From Tubiluchus corallicola (Eukaryota > Animalia > Priapulida): DNA of 40,592 bases. The notes under the pieces were generated by a model. That model worked only from the letters and a program-made list of their open reading frames with translations, did not search any database and had not been told where the DNA came from. The stretch spans positions 1 to 40,592 of the forward strand of contig JAQGDQ010001446.1 of assembly GCA_030141605.1 (NCBI GenBank). The letters run 5' to 3'. Positions within the stretch are counted from its first letter, which is position 1. Every line of letters starts with the position of its first letter. Position numbers and translations under genes: made by a program. Shown in pieces: positions 1-13,700 of the stretch.

Positions 1-691
1 TGAGATATAGGCTGTGCACTGAAAAACATGACCTTGAGAAAATCACTGTTAAAGTCAGCCATTGTTTTTTGTCGCGTTTCTACAAAACACTTAACAACCG
101 CACAAACGTTGGTTGCTAAGGACTTTGCAAGAAGACATTGCAGTTATGTTTAAATCCAGTAGGTGGCTCTTTTTGACGAAGATCTGGGCTTTGCAACAGA
201 AAAAAACCAAAGCAAAATGACAGCTTCTACGAGCTGCTTTTGGAGCTTGAAAATGTACAAGTTTTTTACACTTTCAGCACAACTTTCTAAACAGAAACGT
301 GGGTAAGGAACTTCAAAATTAAATTTTTAGTGTTTTTGAAAAACTTTCTTGATAATTTGATGCTTGAATATAAAATTTCAATATACTTAACGTTAGTTTT
401 TATAAAATACGAAAAATTGACATTTGACCATATTTTTGGATCATTCTACTTTGAGGCATCATAACGTATTTTTAACTATGCCGACTTATGGACGGTTTTG
501 GCCTGCAAGCACATAAATATAGAGAATATATGGTGACTTCTGAGATGCCAAGAATAATTATAATTGCAAATTAAACGCCTTACATGAGGAGTAAACAAGA
601 TAGGATGTAATTTTTCCTAAATTAAACAAACAAACTTGGAATTTTTGGCCATTAACTTTCTTCTATAGCAAATCTGTACTGAGGGTGCACG

Positions 692-1092
692 CAGGGGTGT
701 ACCAAGACTTGACGACGCCCTAGGCTGTCAGTTCAGTCCGCCCCTCTATTTTGAATTTATGGTTGTTTATGTAATGAACAGGTTAAACAATTACTTGTGG
801 TGTATTAGAAACACTATTATCCTAGTTTTTACGTGGTCATTGTTAATTATGAGTATTTGCGTAGCGCTTGCTTGTTTGTGTAATACCTTGCACCTGTTCG
901 CTATGTGGCACTTATATGAAAGCTTATCTCAGTAACTGCCTGTGGTGTGTTATAAAATACTCCCTTTACATGACTGTGAAAGTACACACATTTTTTGAGG
1001 AGAATAATAATTTTTCTTGAAAAGTGTGACGCCCTTCAAACTTTGGCGCCCTAGGCTATAGCCTAGTTACCCTATTGGTTAATACCCCCCTG
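692..1092. mobile_element. hAT-like MITE
   Basis: CAGGGG...CCCCTG termini, subterminal CGCCCTAGGCT repeats near both ends; 8-bp flanks match only 5/8. Confidence 0.5.
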
Positions 1093-1207
1093 GTGGCACC
1101 ATCAGCAGGCTTTCATACCACCTTGCTTCGCTATACGCGGTTTTTGGCGCCATCTGTAGAAAGAAGGCGCTTTCGTCGTGTGAAGAAAGCACTTTAATGT
1201 AGTTTAC

Positions 1208-1323
1208 CTGAAATTTTTGAGATGAGCGTATACTTGTCTTCACTGAGATCATTGCGTATCAAATCTTTGACAATATCCTCAACCGTTATAGCTGCCAGTG
1301 AGTTCAGACCAGAAGATACTGTA
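1208..1323 (-). CDS. SLC5-like exon 9 (TVSSGLNSLAAITVEDIV...SKIS)
   Basis: CAG acceptor, GTAAAC donor, 116 nt, phase 2/1. Confidence 0.92.
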
Positions 1324-4300
1324 CTGCAAAACCAAATTGAGGACAATAAGCACATTAATAAGTTCATTCAGTTGCTTTTAAATTTCAAGAGTTATGCAGC
1401 CAATGAGGTTAAAGAGAAACTGAACCAAATCTTAAACTATAACTCAAAGCAATTTATAAAATATTGAGAGAGAACATACTATTTTTTCAAAAATCACTTA
1501 TTACGACACAAACACAATTTCACGCTCGCGCCACTAGTTCTTCGCTGTTACATGTATTTCGCCATCTGCTAGTTAGACGGGCACTAGCGACTGCATTTCT
1601 GAAACGCGTTGCACAAAAACAAGTGCTGTACCTCCCAGTTCAGATGTGTTAGTTTGCGACGAACTACACACGTCCGACAGCTCTTGCGTGACCACAGCTG
1701 CAAATTTGAACTTTAAATTTTTATCTTAAAACTTGCCTAGTTTTAGTTCAACACGCTGAATATCTTACAGTAGCACTGTACTTCAATTTTCTCTTTCGTA
1801 AACACGTGTAACACGCTCGTGGAATATTTTTTGCTGTTGAAAATTATGTTAGTTTGTGATGTCATCAATAATTGGGCTCGCGCAGTGTTAAGTGTAACCT
1901 AGATTAAGTTTTTAATCTATTATTTAATTATCAGGAATAAATTGTCATTCATTAGGCCTCGTTTTCAATGGTGTGGTCATTACATACCAGCACAGTGTGT
2001 TCCAACGAAGTTTGGCTGTTGTGCGCATGCGACCACGTGCACACGTCAGAGGCAAAGTAGAGAAAGTACTGTCGCTCATACAGTTTGTTGTCAGTTGTCA
2101 CATACTTCAGTGATCACGCGTGAACTACGACAATTTAGGATACTCGTAAGCATTTTTTTAGGATTTTATCAAGTTTCCGTACAAACGTTCATACGTTTGT
2201 TTGTTTAAAATTACAATTACCATTGTTTGTTTCGTTTTACACAGTATTAAAACAATGGCTACACACACATATATATATATCGGAAGACAATAGAGTGTGT
2301 GCCAAGAGAGTCAGTTATTGATCACATTGATGGAACTGCAGCGTCGACTGTGGCTGAGCAGTGCGATCCTTGAACCACTGGAATGGCCTCTCCAGGGCGC
2401 ACGCCTGGGCAAGGTGTATGGAGATCCTGAGTTGCTCAGACAACAGGAACCTCTTCTCTTCCTCCCTGGTGTAGTCCAAAGGAAAGCGGAGCGATAAGTT
2501 TGGCACCAGGTTGGCTGCAGGAGCTGCCGGAATCAGTGAGCATGCTGCACTGGTCCGCCTTCGGGGCTCCACTCCTGATTTGGAAGGTTTACTCCTCTAC
2601 ACATGGCCGTTGGGTCAGTTGACCTCCTCCGCCCTCTAGCCGTTGGTTGCTTGTGCAGCTCCTCCGCCTAGTGTCGAGATACAGTGTGGACATCCAGCAA
2701 GCCTACAGCACCTGGCATTCCTAGGCGGTCACCCATCCAAGTACTACCAGACTCTACGTTGCTTAACTTCGGTGATATATATATATATATATATAACCGC
2801 ATAGAAACGTAGCCACTGGGAGCGGGGGGGGGGCAAGCCAGCCCAACTCAGTGCCAGTCACAAACCCGGTTGAATAGGGAGGGTTAGGGTCAGGAAGGCA
2901 TCCGCCTGTAAAAACTGCGCCAAAACCTTCTATGAATGAGTCGGTGAGACCTAAAGGGAAAGTCCACAAAGAAGTGGTCAGACCCACTCTAATCTATGGG
3001 CTGGAAGCAGCTTCTCTAAAGAAGACCGAAGAGAAGAAAATGGGTGTGGTGGAGATGAGGATGTTGAGATGGATGGTGGGAATAACAAGAAGAGATAAAA
3101 TTAGAAATAATAATATCAGAGGAACAGTAAAAGTAGTGGAAGCCTCGCAAGATTGCGATGGTATGGACACCTGAAAAGAAGAGTCGGTGAAGATCATGTG
3201 GGAAGGGAAGACATAAATGAAGAGATGGTCAACAACAGGAATGCGTGGAGAAGATTCACAACGGCGACCCCGCACAGAGAAAAGCTGGGAAGAAGAAGAA
3301 GAATATAAAACGGCATAGAAATTGCTAAATACAAGGGCTAAATTGACCACTTACCTGAGTGCACCGCTAAATATACAGGCTGTAAAAAGTCCTGGCAACC
3401 CAGGCAGGAAGCTTAGAAACTCCAGAGCAAAATATGGAAGCAACTAGAAAAATTCATTAATATTATTACTATGCTTTTTTATACTTCAGGCAGCTACGTT
3501 CATGCTATAGGCACGTATTCTATATGTGTTTTGTAAAAAATAAGTAGTGCGTAAGCTACACATGGAATGTTTGTCTAAGAGCTGCCCTCTAAGAGATATC
3601 GACAATCATATTTTAACATACTAGAAAGCAAAATTAAAGGAAAAGTCAACCTTTCTGGGAAGATGGGCTTATTTCAATGTTTGCGAAAAATGTTAAAAGG
3701 TTTTAGTAATACATGCGTGACAAGCGTTTCGTATAATTACTCCATTCAATTCAATTCAAGTTTATCTACCAGTAACTACGACCATATAAAATTCAAATAC
3801 AGTACTAACATGAAATAAAATCAGTGTGTATATATATATATATATATATATATTTGTTTTTAGAATTCTGATTTAGTCAAGATTTTATTTGTAACTAGAA
3901 GCCGATTTAAGTAAAGAAGTATTTTAAAACAAAAGATTAATCATCATCACCATCGTCATCATCATCATCATCATCATCACCATTTACACACAACAGGTAC
4001 ACCTACGTTCTGTTGCGCATACGTGAGAGTGTTTGCTTATTTACCAAAGCTAAGCAAGAAAAAGCCTGGTTAGCGAATGGGTTGACGACAATGCAGAAAA
4101 TTGTTTTGGCGCGATTCTGTCTATCATATTGCACACAGTTCAGAGAGAACATGGTGGGCTTCCAAACATGGGTGACACAATTGTGCCAATTCCTGTGACA
4201 GTGGGCGGACAGAGAATTTGTAATTAATACGTGAAAATACCTGATCAGAAGCAGTGATATATTCAGCGTCTATGGGATCACAATCTACGTAAACTGCGTA

Positions 4301-4429
4301 CATGACCAAACCCACAATGCACTCTAGTGAGACAATGATAGTTAAACCTGGGAAGATAGACCACATTGCTCTGAAATAAATACAAGAAAACTTTTTAATA
4401 AAGATGATGATGATGATGATGATAATGAC

Positions 4430-4476
<47 letters not shown>

Positions 4477-7400
4477 CGATGATGATGATGATGATGATGA
4501 CGATGACGATGACAATGATGATGATGTCGAAGACGATCAGTTTTCCAGATTACAAACTTATTTGTATTTGCTAAACGACTTTCGTGTGCAACTGAGAGAT
4601 TTACACACACATGGTCTGTAAACACACATACGGTGAAAGGTGTTTTTCGCTAAAGGAGGTGTAATAAAAAAAACTATTCAGATTTTGAACACTCTGAAAT
4701 AATCTAAATTGGTATCATTTAGACATGTCTTATGGTAGCACTAGGTGTCGTCGGAGGTAAAAATAAAAATAAAAGGTCCAAAGTAGGTCCTTGTGGCACT
4801 CCAGACTGAACAGTGTTATTACTTACTGCTTTATATAGACAAATAACAGACGTTTGTGCAAGGTCCAAAGTAGGCCCTTGTGGTACTCCAGACTGAACAG
4901 TGTCATTACTTACTGTTTAATATAGACAAATAACAGACGTTTGTGCAAGGTCCAAAGTAGGCCCTTGTGGCACTCCAGACTGAACAGTGTCATTACTTAC
5001 TGTTTAATATAGACAAATAACAGACGTTTGTGCAAGGTCCAAAGTAGGTCCTTGTGGCACTCCAGACTGAACAGTGTTATTACTTACTGTTTAATATAGA
5101 CAAATAACAGACGTTTGTGCAAAAACCATAACACAAGCACGTTTTTCAGTTACAGCTTCTTAACCTCTTTTTACCTTTGGGTTTTGTTATTAATCATTTT
5201 GTTTATTTTTGTTTACTTTCTAATTTCTGTCAATGATTTGCAAGCGAGACACCGTTGCACTGAAGCCTGGTTCACACCATACATAGAGAGAACAGTGAAT
5301 CCGCCTCCTATTACCACACCCCAAACTGTGTGTCGCATTTTCAAGTCTGGTTTAAAACTGAAATAGAAAAGCAAATCATGCATACAGAAGAAAGAAAAAA
5401 TATGTTTTGTTGTTGTTCATCCTATTTTTTGTTTATATGTTTATTTGTTCGATTAGGTGGTTGTTTTATTGGCTGTTTTTTGTTTGTTTACTGGTTCTTT
5501 TGCTTATTTTTGTTTGTTTGTTTGTATTTTAGTATTTTATTCATTTGTTTACGTGTTTGCTTTTTACGTTTCTTCAGTTTTTTAGTTGTTAGTGTTCTTT
5601 GTATTTGTTTGTTTGTTGCATGCTTTACTTGTTTTTTGTTTGTATCTTTGTTTTCCTGTGTGTTAGTTTGTTTATTGTTGTTTGATTGTATGTATGCTCG
5701 TATGTTTGTTTATTTGTCTGTTGTATGCTTGCTTGTTTTCTTGGTTTCCTGCCTGTTTATTTATTTTTTCGTTTGACTTTTTATTTTCATATGTCACGTG
5801 ACAAAAAATAACCAAGAAATTTAAAAAAACCGTTACATTAATTACAATAAATAATTAATGAAGTTGAAACTGTTACACAAAACAATAACTACTAAAAGAC
5901 TGTTTGTTTACAAACCGAAATCAATCAACTTACTTGAAAAAATCGATTCTGCCTCCTTCTTCAGCTATTTGAAAAGCTCTTTTAAAACCTCCAACTTCGA
6001 TGCTTCCAATTATCGTTACAGTCAATAAACCAGTGAAAATGACAAACATTTGAAACACATCGGTCCACATTACAGCTTTCATGCCACCCTGTTAGACAAA
6101 ATTTCAATGATTATATTAGATAAAATGTTTGTGGTTACATACTTGTTTAAATCTTCCAAATATATCTCTTTAATTAATAATTCTGTATGAGTACGTTGTA
6201 TAACTGTGAACTGAAACCTGTGAGCTGAAACCTGGGTGAACTGAAACCTGGGTGAACTGAAACCTGTGAACTGAAACCTGTGAACTAAAACCTGTGAACT
6301 GAAACCTGGGTGAACTGAAACCTGTGAACTGAAACCTGGGTGAACTGAAACCTATGAACTGAAACCTGTGAACTGAAACCTGGGTGAACTAAAACCTGTG
6401 AACTGAAACCTGTGAACTGAAACCTGGGTGAACTGAAACCTGTGAACTGAAACCTGGGTGAACTGAAACCTGTGAGCTGAAACCTGTGAACTGAAACCTG
6501 TGAGCTGAAACCTGGGTGAACTGAAAGCTGGGTGAACTGAAACCTGTGAGCTGAAACCTGTGAACTGAAACCTGTGAACTGAAACCTGTGAACTGAAACC
6601 TGGGTGAACTGAAACCTGTGAGCTGAAACCTGGGTGAAGTGAAACCTGGGTGAACTGAAACCTGTGAGCTGAAACCTGTGAACTGAAACCTGTGAACTGA
6701 AACCTGTGAACTGAAACCTGGGTGAACTGAAACCTGGGTGAACTGAAACCTGTGAGCTGAAACCTGTGAACTGAAACCTGTGAACTGAAACCTGTGAGCT
6801 GAAACCTGTGAACTGAAACCTGTGAACTGAAACCTGGGTGAACTGAAACCTGTGAACTGAAACCTGTGAACTGAAACCTGGGTGAACTGAAACCTGGGTG
6901 AACTGAAACCTGGGTGAACTGAAACCTGTGAACTGAAACCTGTGAACTGAAACCTGTGAGCTGAAACCTGTGAACTGAAACCTGGGTGAACTGAAACCTG
7001 GGTGAACTGAAACCTGTGAACTGAAACCTGTGAACTGAAACCTGTGAACTGAAACCTGGGTGAACTCAAACCTGTGAACTGAAACCTGGGTGAACTGAAA
7101 CCTGTGAACTGAAACCTGTGAACTGAAACCTGTGAACTGAAACCTGGATGAACTGAAACCTGTGAACTGAAACCTGTGAACTGAAACCTGTGAACTGAAA
7201 CCTGGGTGAACTGAAACCTGTGAACTGAAAACAGGGCACGCGCCTGAGCAAAGTGTATGGAGATCCTGAGTTGCCCAGACAACAGGAACCCCCTCTCTAC
7301 AGCACCTGGTATGCCTTGGCGCTCACCCATCCATGTGCTAACCAGGCTCTGTGTAGCTTAACTTTGGTGATCAGACGAGAACCGGTGTTTTCAACGTGAT

Positions 7401-10400
7401 ATTGCCGTAGTCTTAGAAGTATCAAGGCTTGTTTAAAGGTCAAACATACTGCACATTCTCAAGTTTAAGTTTTTACACAAAACCATAAAGAAAATACTCT
7501 AACCGAGATCTTCCGATAATAATAACTTCTTTGGTGGTTTATATAAATGTAAATCTGGTGTGAAGTTGTTATTCCCGAAGAAAGTTCGCGTTTTGCACGT
7601 TAGATGACGCCAGTAGCGCTTTACTGTTTCAGAGAATACAAGGACGCGGTATCCAAGGAAGCCGTTGCTAGGACATTTGTTTGCCTGCGATTTTCCGAAG
7701 CTTCACGAGAAATACCGAACAAAATGTTTTGGAGGGAAATGCAACTTCGAAGCTGGATTGTATAATTAGGTCAGAAAGCTCGATCAGAAAATTAATGAAA
7801 TTATTGTAACATTTTAAGTAACGATTAACTCTTTTATTTACATAACTGCCATTTTCAGGTACAAATTCTCTCATAAATTATTGCCTCCCTTATTTACTGA
7901 TTATTTTTGTTTGAATGCTGAGATACATAATTACGGCACACGTTATAGACTGAACTATCACTACATACAGTGCAACACAAATGTTAGAAAATGTTCTATT
8001 AAATACAATGGCCCTTACATATGGAATTCAATTGCTCCAGCTATTAAAAATGCCAACTCGCTGTCCATATTTAAAAAAATATAAATTAAACTTACTTGAA
8101 ACATATAACTGAGCATTCAATCATGATTTGTTGTTTTTCATTTTCAAAAACTTCCCCTCTAGTATAATAATATTTTTATTACTTCCCACCCGTATTTATA
8201 TTTGTATATATTGTAATATTGTATCTGTATATATTGTAATTTTTTTCGTAACTAATTCTAGTGGCCTACCATCTTAGGTCTCTAGCGCAGAATTCATGAA
8301 TTGTATCATAATTTTGTATTAACAAAAACTGATTATCGATGCACATGTAATGTATATGTATATGTTTATTGCGAAATAAATCTATTAAATGTAAATATAA
8401 TCTAATCTAAAACTTGTTTTAACGTTAAATTTCACTTCTAAATTCAATGCTAATATCAAGTGGTCAAAACTGCCTGTACAACTTACTATTGTGGTGTAGA
8501 AAGTGCAGACGATTCCCATCGAACATACAGACAACCAAACATTGAGTCCAGTAACTGTTTATAAAAGAAAAATCACTGTTAGAAAGGCAGAAAGTACAGG
8601 GTGTCTCAAAAGTCACTACACACTATGAAATCACTGTTAGAAAGGCAGAAAGTACAGGGTGTCTCAAAAGTTACTACACACTTTCAAAATCACTGTTACA
8701 AGGCAGAAAGTACGGGGTGTCTCAAAAGTCACTACACACTTTGAAATCACTGTTAGAAAGGCAGAAAGTACAGGGTGTCTCAAAAGTAACTACACACTTT
8801 AAAATCACTGTTAAAAGGCAGAAAGTACTGGGTATCTCAAAAGTCACTACACACTTTGAAATCACTGTTAAAAAGGCAAAAAGTACAGGGTGTCTCAAAA
8901 GTCACTACACACCTTGAAATCACTGTTAGAAAGGCACAAAGTACTGGGTGTCTCAAAAGTCAATACACACTTTGAAATCACAGTTAGAAAGGCAGAAAGT
9001 ACTGGGTGTCTCAAAAGTCAATACACACTTTGAAATCACTGTTAGAAAGGCACAAAGTATAGGGTGTCTCAAAAGTCAATACACACTTTGAAATCACAGT
9101 TAGAAAGGCACAAAGTATAGGGTGTCTCAAAAGTCAATACACACTTTGAAATCACTGTTAGAAAGGCACAAAGTACTGGGTGTCTCAAAAGTCAATACAC
9201 ACTTTGAAATCACAGTTAGAAAGGCACAAAGTACAGGGTGTCTCAAAAGTCACTACACACTTTAAAATCACTGTTAGAAAGGCAGAAAGTATAGGGTGTC
9301 TCAAAAGTCAATACACACTTTGAAATCACTGTTAAAAAGGCAAAAGGTACAGGGTGTCTCAAAAGTCACTACACACTTTAAAATCACTGTTAGAAAGGCA
9401 GAAAGTATAGGGTGTCTCAAAAGTCAATACACACTTTGAAATCACTGTTAGAAAGGCACAAAGTACTGGGTGTCTCAAAAGTCAATACACACTTTGAAAT
9501 CACTGTTAAAAGGCAGAAAGTACTGGGTGTCTCAAAAGTCACTACACACTATGAAATCACTGTTAGAAAGGCACAAAGTACAGGGTGTCTCAAAAGTCAC
9601 TACACACTTTGAAATCACTGTTAGAAAGGCAGAAAGTATAGGGTGTCTCAAAAGTCACTACACACCAATTTTCTTTTTATAATTTTCTCCAATCTTAACA
9701 AGCTCTTAGATGAATTCAAAGAGGTTTGACGATTCTTTTTGTGTACTTTGTCTGGAACCGCGTTGCCATGACGACGAGAGTAACGTTCAGCGGGAATTCA
9801 ATATATGGACCACTACTATCTCGGTATTAACAAAAAATTAACAGTTTTTCAAAAAATGCCTCCATTCCTAACTACTCATGGTTTGTGAGGGGCTTTCTCA
9901 ATCCCAAGATACCTGACATACCATTTGGATTGCTCTTTGCGGTACTTAGAAGGTAGTGAAAACAAAAGAGCATCCTAGTACAGTAGTTCTTTTCATGCTT
10001 TTTACTAATCTGACTAAAAAAATTGTCCAAAGTTTTAGTAGGTTAAAACAGCCTATTCATTAAAACATTGAAACGAAACATACTATATTTGTCAAAAATC
10101 ACTTACGTGAAAGAATTATTACCACACAAACGCAATTTCTCGTTCGCGCCACTAGTTCTTCACTGTTACATGCATTTCGCCATTCAATTGTTAGATGGGC
10201 ACTAGTGCCTGCATTTAGGAAACGCGTTGCACAAAAAACAGGTGCTGTACCTCTCAGTTCAGATGTGTGAGTTTGTGACGAACTACACACGTTGGACATG
10301 TCATTTCAAAGCACAGCGGTAAATTTGAAATTTGAATTTTTATCTTAAAACTTGCCTAGTTTTAGTACAACACACTGAATGTCTTACAGTGGCACTGTAC

Positions 10401-10733
10401 TTCAACTTTCGGTTTCGCAAACACGTGGAACACGCTCGTGGAATATTTTTGTTGTTTGAAAATTGTGTCAGTTTGTGATGCCCTAAACTGTTGGGCACGC
10501 CTGCCGTTAGTAAAGTTTTTAATCTATTATTTAATTATCAGAAACGCTTTTGCAGTATTATTGGTGTTAAAATATATACTTTTTATCGGACTTGAAAATG
10601 GGATAGTGTACGAAAAATCATCCTTTAAGGAAATCAGAAAATCTAAAGTGTACAGTGACTTCTGATAAAGTTTTCTGTCCCTGTTTGTATCTTCCTTATA
10701 TGCTATCATCGTATACATGCATCCAAGCCTTAT

Positions 10734-10764
<31 letters not shown>

Positions 10765-13700
10765 TATCATCATCATCATCATCCAATGAATCACACGTCC
10801 AGGGACATGATTCTGCTCACCTCCCTATGCCAGGACTCCCTACTCGCTGCAATGCCCCAAGTGCATTTATTTCTAAGGATCAATGCTGAAGTGTTAAAAT
10901 CTTTCTGTGCAAAATCTAAATATGTTAACATTTGTCCTCCTGCAGGTTTTTTAGCTGGTTCTATGGCTTGTTGAAGAGCTATCTTTACTGGAATATCATC
11001 AGGTAGTCTAAGCATATGCCCAATCCATCTTAAACGGCGTCTTTTTATTTTTCTTGTCCAAGGTTCTTCTTATATTTTTTCATACAAAACTTTGTTTGAA
11101 ATTAAAAGCAAATCATAAAGCTGAAATCGATACGTTTTCAAAGGCGAATTTACAGAAACGTTTTGGGTGTCAGATAGCCTTATACATTTACATAACAGTA
11201 CGAGAAACAATGTGACACATCTTCAAGAGAAGATGAATTCTTTTCAGATGAATTTTTAAACTAAGTTCAACGTTAACAGGTAGACAGATAGGTAGATGCT
11301 ATAGATATCTGCATACTATAACAGTAAATTTGATTTGTTTACTATATGCATTCTATTGTACAATGTACATTCTTAATTTACACATACCTGCATTTAGAGC
11401 CAGAGACGGTGCGTACAGAACTATTGACATATATATAACCTTAAAGAATCAATAACACAGATTAAACATGTAATATTTCAGTGATAACCACTACATTTGG
11501 CCTATTTTGTTGAGTCAGGCCAGTATACACTGTAACTTTAGCATACCTAACGAGCACACATTGGCCTTACGCAAGTTCAGACGTAGAGAATTCTCTCGCA
11601 ACGAATTACGCAACTTCTTTCTAATGGCGCGTTCAGACGTAGAGAATTCTCTCGCAACGAATTACGCAACTTCTTTCTAATGGCGCGTTCAGACATAGAG
11701 AATTCTCACGCAACTTATTACGCAACTTCTTTCTAATGGCGCGTTCAGACGTAGAGAATTCTCTCGCAACGAATTACGCAACTTCTTTCTAATGGCGCGT
11801 TCAGACATGGAGAATTCTCACGCAACTTATTGCGCAACTTCTTTCTTATGGCGGCGCGTTCAAACATAAAGGCTTCTCTCTGAATTAGCGTTTTGGTAGC
11901 ATCCGGAATGCGTATGCGTTACGCGGGTACGGAATACATAAAATCGGTTTACATTGTTTTCAGCGCACCCGTTTATCTAACCTGCGTCATGCGTTGCTTT
12001 TTCCTATTGATTTTTATTCCGCAGATGGATAACGCATTCCGGATGCTACATAAACGCAGTTGAGCGTAAAATCTCGCGTGTAAACAGCTTGGCAACTTCT
12101 CTACATGTGAACGCGTCATTAATCAGTCTACATTGTCATACATTGAGTAAAAACTTAAATAATACTTTAATGTTCGTTCATTAAATTAACAAAGACAGAT
12201 TTAAAGGAAAAGCTAACTAAATTAACAAAGACAGATTTAAAGGAAAAGCTAACTAAATTAACGAAAACAGATTTAAAGTAAAAGCTAACTAAATTAACGA
12301 AAACAGATTTAAAGGAAAGGCTAACTAAATTAACGAAAGCAGATTTAAAGGAAAAGCTAACTAAATTAACGAAAACAGATTTAAAGTAAAAGCTAACTAA
12401 ATTAACGAAAACAGATTTAAAGGAAAAGCTAACTAAATTAACGAAAACAGATTTAAAGGAAAAGCTAACTAAATTAACGAAAACAGATTTAAAGTAAAAG
12501 CTAACTAAATTAACGAAAACAGATTTAAAGGAAAAGCTAACTAAATTAACGAAAACAGATTTAAAGGAAAAGCTAACTAAATTAACGAAAACAGATTTAA
12601 AGGAAAGGCTAACTAAAATAACGAAAACAGATTTAAAGTAAAAGCTAACTAAATTAACGAAAACAGATTTAAAGTAAAAGCTAACTAAAATAACGAAAAC
12701 AGATTTAAAGGAAAGGCTAACTAAATTAACGAAAACAGATTTAAAGGAAAAGCTAACTAAAATAACGAAAACAGATTTAAAGGAAAGGCTAACTAAATTA
12801 ACGAAAACAGATTTAAAGGAACGGCTAACTAAATTAACGAAAACAGATTTAAAGGAAAAGCTAACTAAATTAACGAAAACAGATTTAAAGGAAAAGCTAA
12901 CTAAATTAACGAAAACAGATTTAAAGGAAAAGCTAACTAAATTAACGAAAACAGATTTAAAGGAAAAGCTAACTAAAATAACGAAAACAGATTTAAAGGA
13001 AAAGCTAACTAAATTAACGAAAACAGATTTAAAGGAAAAGCTAACTAAATTAACGAAAACAGATTTAAAGGAAAAGCTAACTAAATTAACGAAAACAGAT
13101 TTAAAGGAAAAGCTAACTAAGTTAACGAAAGCAGATTTAAAGGAAAAGCTAACTAAATTAACGAAAACAGATTTAAAGGAAAAGCTAACTAAAATAACGA
13201 AAACAGATTTAAAGGAAAAGCTAACTAAATTAACGAAAGCAGATTTAAAGGAAAAGCTAACTAAATTAACGAAAGCAGATTTAAAGGAAAAGCTAACTAA
13301 AATAACGAAAACAGATTTAAAGGAAAGGCTAACTAAAATAACGAAAACAGATTTAAAGGAAAAGCTAACTAAATTAACGAAAACAGATTTAAAGGAAAAG
13401 CTAACTAAATTAACGAAAGCAGATTTAAAGGAAAAGCTAACTAAAATAACGAAAACAGATTTAAAGGAAAGGCTAACTAAAATAACGAAAACAGATTTAA
13501 AGGAAAAGCTAACTAAATTAACGAAAGCAGATTTAAAGGAAAAGCTAACTAAATTAACGAAAGCAGATTTAAAGGAAAAGCTAACTAAATTAACGAAAGC
13601 AGATTTAAAGGAAAAGCTAACTAAATTAACGAAAACAGATTTAAAGGAAAAGCTAACTAAATTAACGAAAACAGATTTAAAGGAAAAGCTAACTAAATTA

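Noticed and set aside
6389-7330. 313-aa ORF with FQFTGFSS repeats
   Set aside because: Translation of the 14/16-bp minisatellite within an intron.
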